Below are positions 13,787 to 28,097 of a stretch of DNA of 64,000 bases, in pieces. Position numbers and translations under genes: made by a program. How positions within the stretch are numbered: position 1 is the first letter of the stretch; each line of letters opens with the position of its first letter. The stretch lies in NCBI RefSeq assembly GCF_006345805.1, contig NC_043005.1, forward strand, positions 19,282,001 to 19,346,000. Reading direction: 5' to 3'. Under the pieces are notes generated by a model that did not search any database, was not told the DNA's origin, and was given only the letters and a program-made list of their open reading frames with translations. The DNA is from Octopus sinensis (Eukaryota).

Positions 13787-14024
13787 CAGTAATCCCTCGC
13801 CATGTCGCGGTTGACCTATCGCGGTTTATAATTTAAGCTGACGTCGATTCCTCCGTGGTGTTGTTTTGCATTTATAATAAAATAAGTATATACAAATTAT
13901 AAAAATATAAAAACTATAAAAAAGTTATAAAATATATACAGTACAGCACTGTTTCTACTTCGCGGATTTTCACCTATCGCGGGGCTTTTGGAACGTCACA
14001 TCCGCGATAGTTGAAAAATTATTG
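13787..14024. mobile_element. Tigger/pogo-type MITE
   Basis: TA|CAGTAATCCCTCGC...TCGCG at left, decayed CGCGATAG..AAATTATTG|TA at right; internal TATCGCGG repeats. Confidence 0.65.
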
Positions 14025-14104
14025 TAGTGCCTATAATTGACTGCAGTGAAGGACTGATTGGTCCTGACTTCTGAAAATTTTAAAAGAGAAATATCTTAAA
14101 TATA

Positions 14105-14509
14105 TTGAAGTATCGCCCGGCGTTGCTTGGGTTTGTAAGGGAAATAACTATATAAGCATTTTTAGAGATGTAAAGTATAATAGCCATCTCAATATGGCTA
14201 ACCACAAAGGGGGGTGGTGTTACTGTAGCGTTTTACGTTCTGAGATTTAATAATAAATTTTTAGAGAGTTACTTCCTTTATATATGCCAAAAATGCATTA
14301 AAAATGGGGAAAATTGATGGTAAATTTTTTTTAAATCGTAGACTCATCGTAGACGCGCGGTAATACCCAGAACGGCTCGATATGAATCACGACTATAAGA
14401 TACCCGGTTTTGGTTAAACTGCACCGCAAAATGTGGGAGTAGTTAGGAATCTAAATCGCAGGAGACACAACCTCTCTTTTATACACAACCTCTCTTTTAT
14501 ATATAAAGA
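14105..14509 (-). mobile_element. Non-autonomous Helitron-like element
   Basis: Minus strand starts A|TCTTTATATATAAAAG and ends with GC hairpin CCCAAGCAACGCCGGG; terminal CTAG decayed. Confidence 0.55.
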
Positions 14510-15009
14510 TGTTACACTGCAGTCTCTTTCTGGAAATGAACTCTTTCACTACTACTTTTGGATGTTTTTACGCATACAGCGTAGAGAGTAAGTGTTAGCA
14601 AAGGATTTGACTGATTAAATTATGCATGCAGGGTTTGCTATTTCTACTAATGTAAATAATGTAGTACAAATGTAAATAATGTAAATACTGTAATACAAAT
14701 GTAAATGATGTAAATGATATACATAATTCCTCATCTCTTAAATATAGAACTGTATTTCTAGTAAGTCAAAAAAATGACACACAAACACACACTGGTGCTC
14801 TCACACTCACTCACTCACACACACACGCACACACACACACACAAACACACGCATCCCAATAAAGGGGCATAATAAGAAAATTAAAACGTGTGTGCTTGCG
14901 CGCGCGCGTGTGTGTGTGTGTGTGTGTGTATGTGTAGGCACAGTATGAAAATGAGTGTGTATATATATATATATATTGGTGGTGTGTGTGTTGTGTGCAT
15001 TTCGGATTG

Positions 15010-15059
<50 letters not shown>

Positions 15060-15060
<1 letters not shown>

Positions 15061-15158
15061 ATACGACGGGCTTCTTTCAGTTTCCGTCTACCAAATCCAC
15101 TGAGTGGGACTGAACCTGGAACCATGTAGTTGAGAAGTAAACTTCGTACCACACAGCT
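15060..15158 (-). mobile_element. SINE family A head fragment with internal deletion
   Basis: ACGACGGGCTTCTTTCAGTTTCCGTCTACCAAATCCAC...GTGGGACTGAACC. Confidence 0.75.
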
Positions 15159-16924
15159 ATATATATGTAGGTAAACGACCTGCCACAAATAGCAGTTGAA
15201 AACCTTCAAATCACAATCTATTGCCTTGATAAAAGAAGGATATATTGTAAAACATAGTTCTACTAAGGATGTGATAATCACAACAAAGAGTGTCTTGGAG
15301 TAGTGAAGCTGCTTTTCCTACACAACCGAACAAAAAGTTTTCACGTAAATGTTTTGGGAAACATTTGTTTGAAAACTGTTCTAATTAAAAAGAAGTACAT
15401 TAAAAATCTGAAATATAAAGTTAATTATGTGTTGCTTAAATATCACTTGGGAAATATTCCTTCATATGTGTTTGTCCAAACGCTTCTTTTGTTTACGTTT
15501 TGAAAAGCGTTTCGTGTGTCGTTATCAAATGTTTGGAAGAAACAAAAGTAAATAGTCAACAGAGTTTGAGTTATAAGAGTGGGTGATTGGGGTTTGCTTG
15601 TAAACTTTTCAAAGGAAAAGTTTTACCATCGTTCCCTTTCTAAATGTCATATTTGCTACACAAGTCCGACATCGTTTATGTACTTGACGTATAGTCTCAC
15701 ACACACACACACACCACACACACACACACACACAAAACACACACACACACAACACACACACACTTACGCATACATTTATACATACATACATATGTGTGTG
15801 TTTGTGGGTTTCTGTATGTTTATGTACATATGCATGCACTTTAAATACACACGGACTCGCTTTACGTGCAGACACTCGTGAGCGCACACACACAACATGG
15901 ACACATATATACTTGAAGAAAGATTTTCTTAAATTGACTTATTGAAAAAAATCACCGAAAACAAAAACATAAAATACAATAATACAAAACTTTGGGACGG
16001 AAGTTTTCGTAATCTGTATGTAAGTGATTTTGTGGTTCGATTTGTCAAGCACACATCCTATGAGGTAATCCTCATGAAACGTGTCTTGAAGAATTGAACA
16101 ACGCAAACGTTTATACACACAACTGCACCAACTTCCTTCCAAAATGTTCGTGTTATTCTACACGCCCACACGCACCCGTGCGCGTATGCGTGTGTTCGCG
16201 ACTGTGTGTGCATAGCTTTTCACACAAATGTATCTATATGTATATCATTTCTTTTCAGCTTTGAAAGTCACTCTCAAGAAGACAACAAGCAACCAGCCAT
16301 AAAAGAAGCTTAACCCTCACCGACACCACCACCACTCACGTAGTTCGTTGGGAGTTATAAAGGACGAGAAGCAATCTAATAAGAAGCCGTTTTAAAATCA
16401 CAAATAAACGACTCAAGAATGGAAAGAGTACTAGAAGAGAGATTTTTGAGGATAAAATCTTTTCATGTAGGAAAACTTGTTAGTAGAGGTAACAAGAATA
16501 TTGAAAAGGCAAAATTGCAGTAGGAAGATATTTCACTCGACTGACATCTGAAGAGAAGAAAGTTTCAACAATGACTTTAGGATTATCTATGGAAAAGTGA
16601 TAAAGAAACATGGTACCAGTGCTGAAAGAAAGGTGGAATTTGAAGCTACTTAAACAGAAACAGCAATGTTTTGTACTCGATGAAGGAAAGAAGACCAGCA
16701 GAAGCACCAATCTAGATATGACAATCAATTTCACTCATGAATACTTTCGAAAGAAATATATTGAAGTGTCAATGTAGAGAGTATTTCTTCATACGCCTAA
16801 TTCAGCATTAGAGCTAATATAATGAGTCCAACAAAGATCTTTAGAAAACTTTTAATCCAAAAGGATAGAAAACTCAGGAAGAACAGTTTCTAACATAAAG
16901 ATACCAATATCCTAATCTATTCTA

Positions 16925-17330
16925 GACACAAGGTCCGAAATCTTTGGAGAGGGGGCCAGTCGATTAGATCGACCCCAGTACGCAACTGGTACTTAATTTA
17001 TTAACCCCGAAATGATCAACGGCAAAGTTGACCTCGGCGGAATTTGAACTGAGAACATCTAAGACAGACGAAATACCGCTGAGCATTTCGCCCGACGTGC
17101 TAACGTTTCTGCCAGCTCGTCGCCTTATAACGATACCAATATCGCAGGATCGTTTTAGCAGGCCGAGCGTAATACTGAGCGGCGTTTCATCAGGTTTAAG
17201 TTCAAATGCCGCCTAGGTCGACTTCCCCGTTCATCCTTTCGGGGGTCGATAAAATAAGTACCAGATGAACACTTACCTCCTCCGCGAAATAGCTAGCAAA
17301 AAACAAAAAACAAAATTGAAACCAATATCT
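16925..17330. mobile_element. Two SINE family C copies head-to-head (16925-17125 minus, about 17140-17330 plus)
   Basis: GACCTCGGCGGAATTTGAACT on one side, GTTCAAATGCCGCCTAGGTCGACTT..TCATCCTTTCGGGG on the other. Confidence 0.8.
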
Positions 17331-17572
17331 TCATTGTTCCTGTAACAATTAGTCAAAGAATTTCACGTTTTGCAGAGTTGAAAGTAATCATCCGCCAAAT
17401 GTAAGATAAGAACCAACGATTTTCACCTGATCAAACAAGTGTCACCTGCAAAGATAGCAAGTCTAGGTATAATTGTATCAGGAAGAACATTAGTATCATT
17501 AGTATCAATGTGTTGGTGCTGGCGGTATCTGAAAACAAAATGTAAATTTAAGTAACGCATTCATTAGTGAGC

Positions 17573-17619
<47 letters not shown>

Positions 17620-20230
17620 AACGCACACGCGCACGCGCACGCGCACGCGCACGCGCACACGCACACGCACGCGCACACGCACACACGCACACGCACACGC
17701 ACACGCACACACGCACACACGCACACACTCACACGCACACACTCATTCACGCACATACACATATAGCAGAGGTTTGAAAGCCTCAACAATGCAGATTTAA
17801 TTATCTCATATATTTCCGATTATTTGCATTTACGTATATTTTGTACATCTCGAGTTAGTCTTCATGACACAGTTTTGTTTCTAGAAAATACCTTACATGA
17901 ATGCAGAGGTTTAGTTTCTGGCTATAAATTGGAGTCACAGTAGACAGTTTCAATTATCTTATACTTCTCTTGAAGAAGGTTCGAATTATTTTGTTATTTT
18001 CACCAACTATTCTTGGAGGAACCTGCTTATAGGAAGAAATAAATCAGCTGCAGCGATTTACATTTTTTTTAAAGAAGTTCGGTTGCATTGTTTATCGTCA
18101 GGATTGTAGGATGTTTCATTAAGTTTTTCAGATATGGATTTAGAAAAAAGCTTCTTGAAAAACAGATCATTTATATTTTCCATCTCAAGTTTTTGGCTGT
18201 GGCTTCCTCTAACTGTGAGCTTATGATTAGAGCTCCATTCAATTTCACAAATAGATTTTGCAATTTTCACATCCCTGAAATCAGGCTTTTTCAGCATCAT
18301 GTTTCATACCATGTTGCAAGAAAGATTCAGAACCCCTCCACCTAGTAGGTACAAATGTGATGTCAAATTGTTTAATATTCACAAATTCCAAACAAAAAAC
18401 AAAATCAATCATAAACATGTCAACTACAATTTGAAGATGACTGCAGGTTGTTGGACTGAACAGAAATATGTAATTTTCAATATATCGGAAATAAACTGCT
18501 CTCATAGGTGTGCACAGGGGCTGAAGTATCGTATTGTGTCTGAATGTTCAGATTTTATTGCCCCAAAGTAAAATAAGATAAAATAAAAAAAGCAAAAATG
18601 TTAAAATAACAAAAAAGGCTACATACTTAGCTGAAAACTTATTTCATGTCATAACATACTACGGGTGTGGCGAAAATTATATTGGCCGAGCAGGCATGTG
18701 ACTTAGAGAAGTGATGACACTTCACCAACAACAAATACGTGATCCGAAGTGTATGAAGTGCCATACAGCGAAGATTTAGAACGACATGCTGAAGCTCTGC
18801 AACTAATTTGAAGTATTCCAATAATACCTAAGTGCGTAGTATACAGAAGCGCAACAATAAATTAACAAATAAACATTTTTTTAATTAAAAAATATCAGCA
18901 AGGTTTAAATCGAATATTAATTACACTTATTATTAGTTCACTTATTAAGGAAACGTATTGCTAATTTATATTTCAATATTTCTATAAATGGCTGTCTACC
19001 TGTTTTTGAATATTTAACATTAATTCCAGAACTGCATTGTTACTAGTGTGAATATAATAATTTGGGTTACTAACGTACATAGCATTACACTCCTTGTAAT
19101 GAGTCTATAATTGAATAACACGCAGATTTTACACATGTACACTACAATAATGTAATTGAAACTGGCATAAACTTTAAAATATTTAATAATGTAGCTTGAA
19201 AAAATTTGATTGTGACAATGTAATACAAAAATTTAATTACTATATAAATGGAATTTAGCATCTCTTTGCACACGCATACACATACACACGTATACATACA
19301 TATAGACACACATACATATAAGGGATATACACGTACATACATAGATACATTCGTATATACATACACGCACATACACCTGTTAAATGAGGAGGATGAATAA
19401 GTAACCGACTTTTTCGACATCATCCCTGACAGAGCACACTTCATTAAAGTATTCCAGCCGTGACCATCCCGTGTTTTCAAGAGGCAATGTATTCTGGACT
19501 ACATTAACCAATAGGACATTAATTTTGTTCTTTTTTAAAAAATAAAACGAACTTAGTGTGAGGTTCGAGAAGATTTAACTACCATTTCTAGCATGTCTAG
19601 TGGCCACAAGCAGGTTTCTTTTGTTTAGTCGCAGAGCCATACATATATGAATGAGCAAGGAAGTGATGGCGAGATAGAGAGAATTAGCGGGCAAGAATGG
19701 GAAAATAAAGCGTATAGAAAAAGAGTGGAAGAAAAAACAAAGATGAAGAAGGGGGGAGCAACACACTGAGACAGTTTTAGGGAGCGAGAGCTGGAAATAT
19801 AATAATTAGCTATTAAATTTAACGCCTACACTTAACATTATGAATGACAAGCTTCTAGTTCATAATCTCACGTACATACATACACACACACTTGCCAACG
19901 TATATTCATTCAAACAAACACGTGTGCATCATATATGCATATGATGTGCACATGTGCAAAAAGGGTCACATGTCTGACGGATGCATTTAACATTTATGCG
20001 TGTGTTGAATGTATGTAACTGGTTTTACTTCCTGGGTGTTTTCTGGACAACAATATATATTTGTGTGACGATATATAAGTACGCGGTGTACTCTGTAGGT
20101 GTTCGAGTATAGAGGGAGATAGATAAACAGATAGATGGATAGACAGAGAGATAAAAAAGATAGATAGATAGATAGGTATAAATAAATGTATGTATATCTG
20201 TTATCATACATGCTAATACATAATATATAT

Positions 20231-20263
<33 letters not shown>

Positions 20264-20407
20264 ATATATTTTATATATATATACACATATATATATATAT
20301 ATATACATACAACATACATGTATATATATATACACACACAAACACACATATATATATACATATATACACATATATATATGTATATATATATACATGTATA
20401 TATATAA

Positions 20408-20449
<42 letters not shown>

Positions 20450-20616
20450 TAATATATATATATATATATTTGAGTAGTTGAATGAATTAGCTTATTAAGG
20501 ATATTCGAAAGATAACCGATAACTGGGTATCAAATTCACATCAGAAGAACACGGTTGAAGTTACGGTCCCTAGGGCATAGACTACGTGCTTTCGTGCGGA
20601 AATTTGTATGTTTATT

Positions 20617-20761
20617 TTAAAGATATAAGTTTATGAAAGAATGGAGTTGAACGACTTGTTAACAAATTTCCTTATAAAGGAAATTTTTACAAATTTCCTT
20701 TATAAAGGAAATTTGTTAACAAGTCGTTCAACTCCATTCTTTCATAAACTTATATTTTTAA
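20617..20761. repeat. Near-perfect 145-bp fold-back abutting (TA)n
   Basis: ATATAAGTTTATGAAAGAATGGAGTTGAACGACTTGTTAACAAATTTCCTT mirrored by AAGGAAATTTGTTAACAAGTCGTTCAACTCCATTCTTTCATAAACTTATAT. Confidence 0.92.
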
Positions 20762-20787
20762 TATATATATATATATACATATATATA

Positions 20788-21066
20788 TGGGCCCGGTTTC
20801 CCGGTTTCTGTGACGTATGTGTTCCCCCCAGCTTGACGGGACGCCAGTCCATCGCAGCGTTACTCAAGAAACAGGAAGAGAGAGAGAGTGAGTGAAAGTT
20901 GGGGCAAAAGAGTACAACAGGGGTTGCCACCACCCCCTACCGGAGCCTCGTGGCGCTTCCCTGGTGTTTTCGGAAATAAACACACACGACACCTGATCTG
21001 GGAATCGAAACCGCGATCCTCCGACCGCGAGTCCGCTGCCCTAACCACTGGGCCATTACGCCTCCC
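20788..21066 (-). mobile_element. Chimeric SINE (family D head + family B2 tail)
   Basis: Head matches 63942-63750; after TTCCTGTTTCT it switches to TGAGTAACGCTGCGATGGACTGGCGTCCCGTC as in 21085-21326. Confidence 0.75.
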
Positions 21067-21084
21067 TAAATAAATAAATGCGCC

Positions 21085-21326
21085 CTTTGTGAAACCTACC
21101 CAGGCTCATGGGCCTGGTTTCCCGGTTTCAATGGCGTATGTGTTCCCCAGCTGGACGGGACGCCAGTCCATCGCAGCGTTACTCATTTTTGCCAGCTGAG
21201 TGGACTGGAGCAACGGGAAATGAAGTGTTTTGCTCAAGAACACAACGCGTCGCCCGGTCCAGGAATCGAAACCACAATCTTATGATCATGACGCTGACAC
21301 CCTAACTACTAAGTCACGCGCCTCCA
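21085..21326 (-). mobile_element. SINE family B2
   Basis: tRNA head, TTGTGTTCTTGAGCAAAACACTT body, GCGATGGACTGGCGTCCC tail. Confidence 0.82.
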
Positions 21327-21363
21327 CATGTACATATATATATATATATATAATAATATATAT

Positions 21364-21407
<44 letters not shown>

Positions 21408-21449
21408 TATTATAATATATATATATATATATAATATATATAATATATA

Positions 21450-21493
<44 letters not shown>

Positions 21494-21496
21494 TAT

Positions 21497-21675
<179 letters not shown>

Positions 21676-21683
21676 ATATAGTG

Positions 21684-22022
21684 AAGGCGCGTGGCTCAGT
21701 GGTTAGAGCGTCGAGCTTACGATCGTGAGGTTGTGAGCTCGAATTCCGGACCGGGTTGCGTGTTGTGTTCTTGAGCAAGACACTTTAATTCACGTTGCTC
21801 CAGTTCACTCAGCTGTAGAAATGAGTTGCGACGTCACGGGTGCCAAGCTGTATCGGCCCTTGCCTTTCCTTTGGACAACATCAGTGACGTGGAGAGGGGA
21901 GACCGGTATGCATGGGCGACTTCTGGTCTTCCATAAAACAACCTTGCCCAGACTTGTGCCTCAGAGGGTAACTCTCTAGGTGCAAACCCATGGTCAGTGT
22001 CTGACCGAAGGGGGTAAAAAAA
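21684..22022 (+). mobile_element. SINE family B, full length
   Basis: A box TGGCTCAGTGG, B-box-like GCTCGAATTCC, CORE-like TCTTGAGCAAGACACTT, A-rich end. Confidence 0.85.
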
Positions 22023-22144
22023 AAAATATACATACATATATATACATATATATATGCATATATATTTATATATATACATTTATATATACATATATATACA
22101 TACATATATATATAACAAATGAATACAGATGGAATATATATATG

Positions 22145-22380
22145 GGGGCGCGTGGGTTAGTGGTTAGGGTGTTGGACTCCCTAACCACTAATCGTAAGAT
22201 TGTGGTTTCGACCGGTCGATGCGTTGCGCTCTTGAGCAAAACATTTCCTTTCACGTTGCTCCAGCCCACTCAGCAGGCAAATGTGAGTAGTGCTGCGAGA
22301 GACTGGCGTCCCATCCAGGTGGGGAATACATACGCCATGGAAACTAGGAAACATGGCATGGTTCGAGTAAGTAACATTTA
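22145..22380 (+). mobile_element. SINE family B2, diverged
   Basis: GGGCGCGTGGGTTAGTGGTTAGGG...CTTGAGCAAAACATTT...GACTGGCGTCCCATCCAGG. Confidence 0.75.
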
Positions 22381-22671
22381 AACGATATATATAGATAGAT
22401 AGATGTGTGTGTGTATGTTATGTAAAGTAGATAAGCCGCAAGTTACGAAGTTTGAAGTTCCAATCAACACAATATGTATATATTTATCTTCGTTAAAAAT
22501 AAATTTTCGTCCACAGTAAATGTAGTTTCGTAATGTTGTTTTACGCAAGAATAATTACTTACTTTACTACTTTATACAATAATAAGCCTATCAAAACAAT
22601 GAAACAACATTTCTTTGCATTTTCTTCTATATTTTTCCTTTGAGATATTCTTCTGATAACTTTACTTAGTA

Positions 22672-23037
22672 ATTACTCACGCCTTAGCGAAAGCGGAGGT
22701 ATTGTTTTCAATCGTGGAAAAGATACTTCAAGAACCGCTGGATGGATTTGGATGAAACTTTCAGAGACGTTTGGCCTCGTGACTGGCACGAACTGTTTAG
22801 ATTTTGGGATCGATCCGGTACCGGACAAGGATTCTGGTTTATTTTACCTGTTTGTTTTTTTTTGTTTTTTTTACTTAATTTTTGAGAACGGTCAGGTTCA
22901 CTTTTAGTATTCTCGTTCGTGAGAGTAGTCGATTTTTATTTCAGATATTCTCATTTTTAAAATCATCTCTGGCTAATCGTTGAGAGGACGTTGGTGTTGC
23001 CTTGATGGAGGTTTGCGCTCTCTGAGTGCTCTTGTTT
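22672..23037 (+). mobile_element. Helentron-associated (HINE/DINE-1-like) non-autonomous element
   Basis: 5' subterminal inverted repeat TTACTCACGCC..GCGGAGGTA, 3' GATGGAGGT followed by hairpin GCGCTC-TCT-GAGTGC and a T-rich end. Confidence 0.55.
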
Positions 23038-23296
23038 TTAATGCAATGTACCCTAGTGATACACACACACACGCACACACACTCACACACACACACACAC
23101 ACACACACAAAACACACACATACACACACGCACACACACAAATATATATATATAATATATATGATGGCCACTACTTTCCGAAGTAAAAAAAAAAAAAAAC
23201 GGTGATACGCAATAAATTAGGAATCTATATATACCTATTCAGCATTACATAGATGCATTTATATATTTTTGTGTATATATACTTACACACACACAC

Positions 23297-23345
<49 letters not shown>

Positions 23346-23540
23346 CACACACACATACTCTCTTACACGTTCACTCGTTTCAGCCGAGGTGTTTCACATC
23401 ACCACTCCTGTATGTGCCTTTGTCCCAGCTATTGATACATTTAGTGTATATATATATATACATATATATGTATATATATGTGTGTGTGTGTATATATATA
23501 CGTATATTCATATATATGTATGTATATGTATATGTTTGAA

Positions 23541-23670
23541 CACTGAACACATAACATGCATCTGTGTGGGTGAGTCTGTGTACGTGTAGGAGAAAATATA
23601 TATAATTTTATATATATATATATATATATGTACATATATGTATATATATATATCTGTATATATATATCTG

Positions 23671-23706
<36 letters not shown>

Positions 23707-23784
23707 ATATATATAATAATTAAATACATTTTCTCCTACACGAACACAGAATCACCCACACAGATGCATGTTATGCGTTCAGTG
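23541..23784. repeat. Inverted repeat (about 58-bp arms) centred on a (TA)n tract
   Basis: CACTGAACACATAACATGCATCTGTGTGGGTGA..GTGTAGGAGAAAAT versus ATTTTCTCCTACACG..TCACCCACACAGATGCATGTTATGCGTTCAGTG. Confidence 0.88.
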
Positions 23785-24005
23785 CTGAATAACAATGAAG
23801 TAGAAGCTCACATATAGAGACAGTGGAGTCTGTTGTAGTATAATATTCAAGTAACCGAGATTAATTCATAATATCTTTAGTGTATTTGTGTAGTGGTTCA
23901 TGTAAGCGACTGAAGACAAGCTAAGTAGGCGCGTGGAAATGGGGAAATAAAAAACAGATTTAGATTTCTAGCTATAAAGTGTCAATACACACGCACACAC
24001 ACACA

Positions 24006-24070
<65 letters not shown>

Positions 24071-24190
24071 ACACACACACACAAATATAAAAAAGTATTT
24101 TTTGTGTATTTGTGAATGAGTGTTTATGTATGTGAGAAAGATGAAAAGCGCGTGTGCGTGCATGTATGCGTGCGTGTGTGTGTGTGTATG

Positions 24191-24225
<35 letters not shown>

Positions 24226-24318
24226 TTAATCCAAACAAGAAAACAAAAAGACAACAACGCAAGGATGTGGAACAAATAAAGTATTATTGGACGCTCAGGA
24301 AAGAAGGGAAGAAGGAGG

Positions 24319-24353
24319 GTTTGACGTTTCGAGCGGAGCTCTTCGTCGGAAAC
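24319..24353 (-). ncRNA. Minimal hammerhead variant
   Basis: GTTT-CCGACGA-A-GAGC-TCC-GCTC-GAAAC-GTC-AAAC; helix III reduced to self-complementary ACGT; insert begins at a (TA)n tract near 24222. Confidence 0.6.
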
Positions 24354-24919
24354 ATAGGAGAAAGAAAGATCCCGAGACGGGAGGACAGAGGAAAAAAAGT
24401 TGCAGGTAGTATTCACGAGGTCACATACTAAAAAGACGGAAGTGGTAAAAATGGAGGAAAATATTTTTTTAAAAACAAGAGAGCTGAATCAAAGAAGGAA
24501 TGGTAATAAAGGTGTGCGAGATGACAAGGGTGTGTGTGTGTGAGTGTGTGCATGTGTGTGTATGTGTGTGTATGGTGGACAATGGCTAGTAGCAGGCAAT
24601 AGTAGAATTAAAGGAGTGGTGTGGGGGTACCCTAGCAAGTCAGAAAGGCAGGTCAGAAACAGGGAGGTATGTGTGTGTGCGTGTATATGTATCGTGTGTG
24701 TGTTTTGTTGTAGTATGTGTGTGTGTACGTGTGCGTTTTTTTGTGTATGTGGCGAGTAACTGTGCTTAACTTAGTGTGTATGTGTGCGTGTGTGCTTGTA
24801 CGTGCGTGTGTGGTGTATATATACGTATGTATGATTGTGTGCGTGTATGTATGTGTGTGCGTGTATGTATGGTTGTGTGCCGTATGGGATGCATGTGTGG
24901 GTTCATTTGTGTGTGTGTG

Positions 24920-25150
24920 AGTGAAAAGGCTGGCTCTTTGAAATACAGGAACAACAGAAATAGGAAGAGTGAGTGAGAGAAAGTTGTGGTGAAAGAGTAC
25001 AGCAGGGTTCGTCACCACCCACTGCCGGAGCCTCGAGGAGCTTTAAGTGATTTCGCTCAATACACATTCACAACGCCCGATCTGGGAATCGAAACTGCGA
25101 TCCTACGACCGTGAGACCGCTGCCCTAACCACTGGGCCATTGCGCCTCCA
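24920..25150 (-). mobile_element. SINE family D, 3'-truncated
   Basis: GGAGGCGCAATGGCCCAGTGGTTAGGGCAGCGG head; colinear with 63710-63942. Confidence 0.82.
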
Positions 25151-25178
25151 CTCACACACAAACACACATACACATACA

Positions 25179-25184
<6 letters not shown>

Positions 25185-25277
<93 letters not shown>

Positions 25278-25302
25278 GGATAGAGATGGATAATGGATAG
25301 AG

Positions 25303-25346
<44 letters not shown>

Positions 25347-25367
25347 GGATAGATAGATGGATAAATG

Positions 25368-25460
<93 letters not shown>

Positions 25461-25480
25461 TTAGAGATAAAGATATAGAT
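25185..25480. repeat. (TA)n + (GATA)n microsatellite
   Basis: Direct inspection. Confidence 0.95.
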
Positions 25481-28097
25481 GTATAGGTATGTGTATGTAT
25501 GTATATCAAATAAAAATTTACCTTCTTTTAAATGATGAAATTTTAATGACAAAAATTTTAATAAGCATCGTGTGACTACTAGCAACAAACATCAGTTGAT
25601 GTATGTTAATAGCATTTTCAAAATGTGTATTTTGATTTAATTATTTGATATGAAGTTTTCAGGTAGACTTTGATCTGTAGTCATATTTAAATAATAAAAT
25701 TTATGTGGTATCTAAAATATGAGGGTTTATCATGTCATCGGCGATGCCTTATATAATAGTGAAACAGTAGCAGATAAAATGGCCATCGTGGGTGTATACT
25801 ACTGAAGTTTGATGCTCAGACTATGCTATGGATCTACATTGAAACTTCTGGCTACTTTAACTGCCCTTGAGCAAGGCAACTGCGAAAATCTAATTAAAGT
25901 TTCAAGCAACAAATTCGATGTTTGTCGATGAATAACAAGGGAAATTACTGTCATAGATCCTCTCATAGGACGATTTTCGAAAGAAATGCCATACACATTA
26001 GTGTCAAAAGCAAAAATCCCCTAAACCAACTTGTGCTATTGCATGTGCATCCTAGTATATATATACGTATGTATAAATGTATATGTAGACACAGACATAT
26101 ACAAATTTAAGTCAGTACTGATGAGCAGACAAGAAGGTGGAGTAAAAATTGACATGCATTATTGCATTGAGAATGCCATGCCAATGTTATGTGTTTATTG
26201 GGAGCAAATGGGAATGTCAACCAAAAATGTGACTGTACAAACAGAACATTGACGGAAACACAGTTCTCATGTAGGACGGGTTATTCCATTTTAGTCTCAT
26301 TTCTAGAGGTTTTATAGCCGAAAAGGAAGCGACTCTTGGTAAGAGTATTTATCTTACTTCACCTTAGCTTCATGCAACGGTCATTAAAGGTAATCTTGGA
26401 ATCACGCACAACTCACCGGGTAGACAATTGATAACTACGAAAGCACACACAACTAATAGCTGTAACATTTAAGGCGCACGTAACAACTGCAGATAAATAC
26501 ATTCGCACTAAATAGTTGGAAGACTACAACTGCAAAATAACGTTACATTATTACGGTGAAGCGTTATAAATTATATCCATTTTATGGTAAATTGGGATTT
26601 ATGTAAAATATATAATACAGCCGTCTTAACTTTGTTTTATAAAACGCTTGGTGTATTACGGTAAAATGCACTTCAGCATTTGGCAATTATGGATAACGTA
26701 ACGCGGATCCCCAGAGTTCTATAATTGATGTGTGTCTGTGTGTCTGTGTACAACGGTGCTAAGACAATATTTCACTAATATTCTTCAGTTCTTATCGTTC
26801 AAGAATTGTTCTGATGTTCTCGGGTGACTTATGTTTGATGTGCAATATTTCACTTGAGCATCGGCATTACTTTTAATGCGCTATTAATGTTCAAAAAGTG
26901 TTGTGAAGCTCGCTGGTAGTATATCGTTGTTGTGTAGTAGAGTGGGTTCAATTCTTACATGGGATAGTACGTTGAGTCAAAGGTCAAAGCACTTCTTTTC
27001 TCGTTGTTCCAGTTTACTCGGTGCTAAATGACTACCAGCCGGGTAATGAGGCATCTCTCTCTGCCTCCATCGGGCATTTTGTGTATGTGCCATTGAATGA
27101 AGGAAGCGAGCACCAAAGAGATTGTCTATGTCTGATCACAACTACATAGACTCAAAATAGAATTACTAGATACATGGTGCAAGTTACCAAGTCATATCCA
27201 TTCGCATGTGGTAGCTTGCTGTTCGATGTATGCACGTGTGCGCGGCCTGCGTGTTTGAATGCATATATGTTCGACGTGTGTGTGCGTGTGTGTGCATGCG
27301 TGTGTTTGTGTGTGTGTCTGTGTGTATAAGTGTAAATGTTTGTGAGTGTGTGTTTGTATATATTAGAACATACATCTCTAGTCACAAACCATTCATTCTC
27401 CGTACGCAGACCCATGGGTTTCAGTGTTAATCCTTGGTGAAGATTGAATCCAGGAAAACATCCCCAACACTCTCTGATCTTCGCCTATATCTCATACCCC
27501 TACTAAAACGGAAAACTTGATGTGGAGTTGAAGCTTTGCTTCTCCTGTAAAGATCGGGTCTAATTGGCAGCTACTTCCAACGGGGCGCCAAAGAAAGCTT
27601 CTCTTTTCTTCTAGTTGGACAACTATCCATTTAAATCAGGATATTGGATAACCACAGCTAATCACTCAAGCATTACTTGGTAATGCGCCATCCATAGCAT
27701 GGCCATCTGCATGGCATACACGATGCAGTTAAGAGAAAAGAGCAAAAAATTGGCTGTCGGATTTTTCTCGATGACTTCGATATACCAGATCTTCATTTTC
27801 TCATCACTAAACTTCTGGGAGTGTTGCAGAAGAGACAATTTTGTTACGACCTGAAAAAAATGGTTTCGATCTCTCATTACCTTAGAAAACACTGCAATGG
27901 GACTGTTTAAGAGGCACAGCACCAAGTGTCAGTAAAGTGTGAGACATTCATATCACTGTCATGAAGGATGGCTTCACAACCTGTCTATGTATAAGAACGT
28001 ACGCGTGCGCGCATATTCATGTAGTTAAATACCCATGTTTTAATGCTCTCTATTGCGTTCTTGTTCCATTTATATATATATATATATATATATATAT

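Noticed and set aside
17790-18830. Coding-looking minus-strand segments (PCAH..AV.F..IE, KKPDFRDVK)
   Set aside because: Frames are broken and no domain is confidently recognisable; possibly an ancient DNA transposon, needs a translated HMM search
21684-21760. tRNA-like sequences with A and B boxes (also at 35742, 62989, 63870 and elsewhere)
   Set aside because: They continue into SINE bodies and lack a proper acceptor stem; SINE heads, not tRNA genes
23905-23945. CTGAAGA...GAAAT hammerhead-like string (similar partial motif at about 43653-43702 minus)
   Set aside because: Stem I or core nucleotides missing; not counted among the supported motifs
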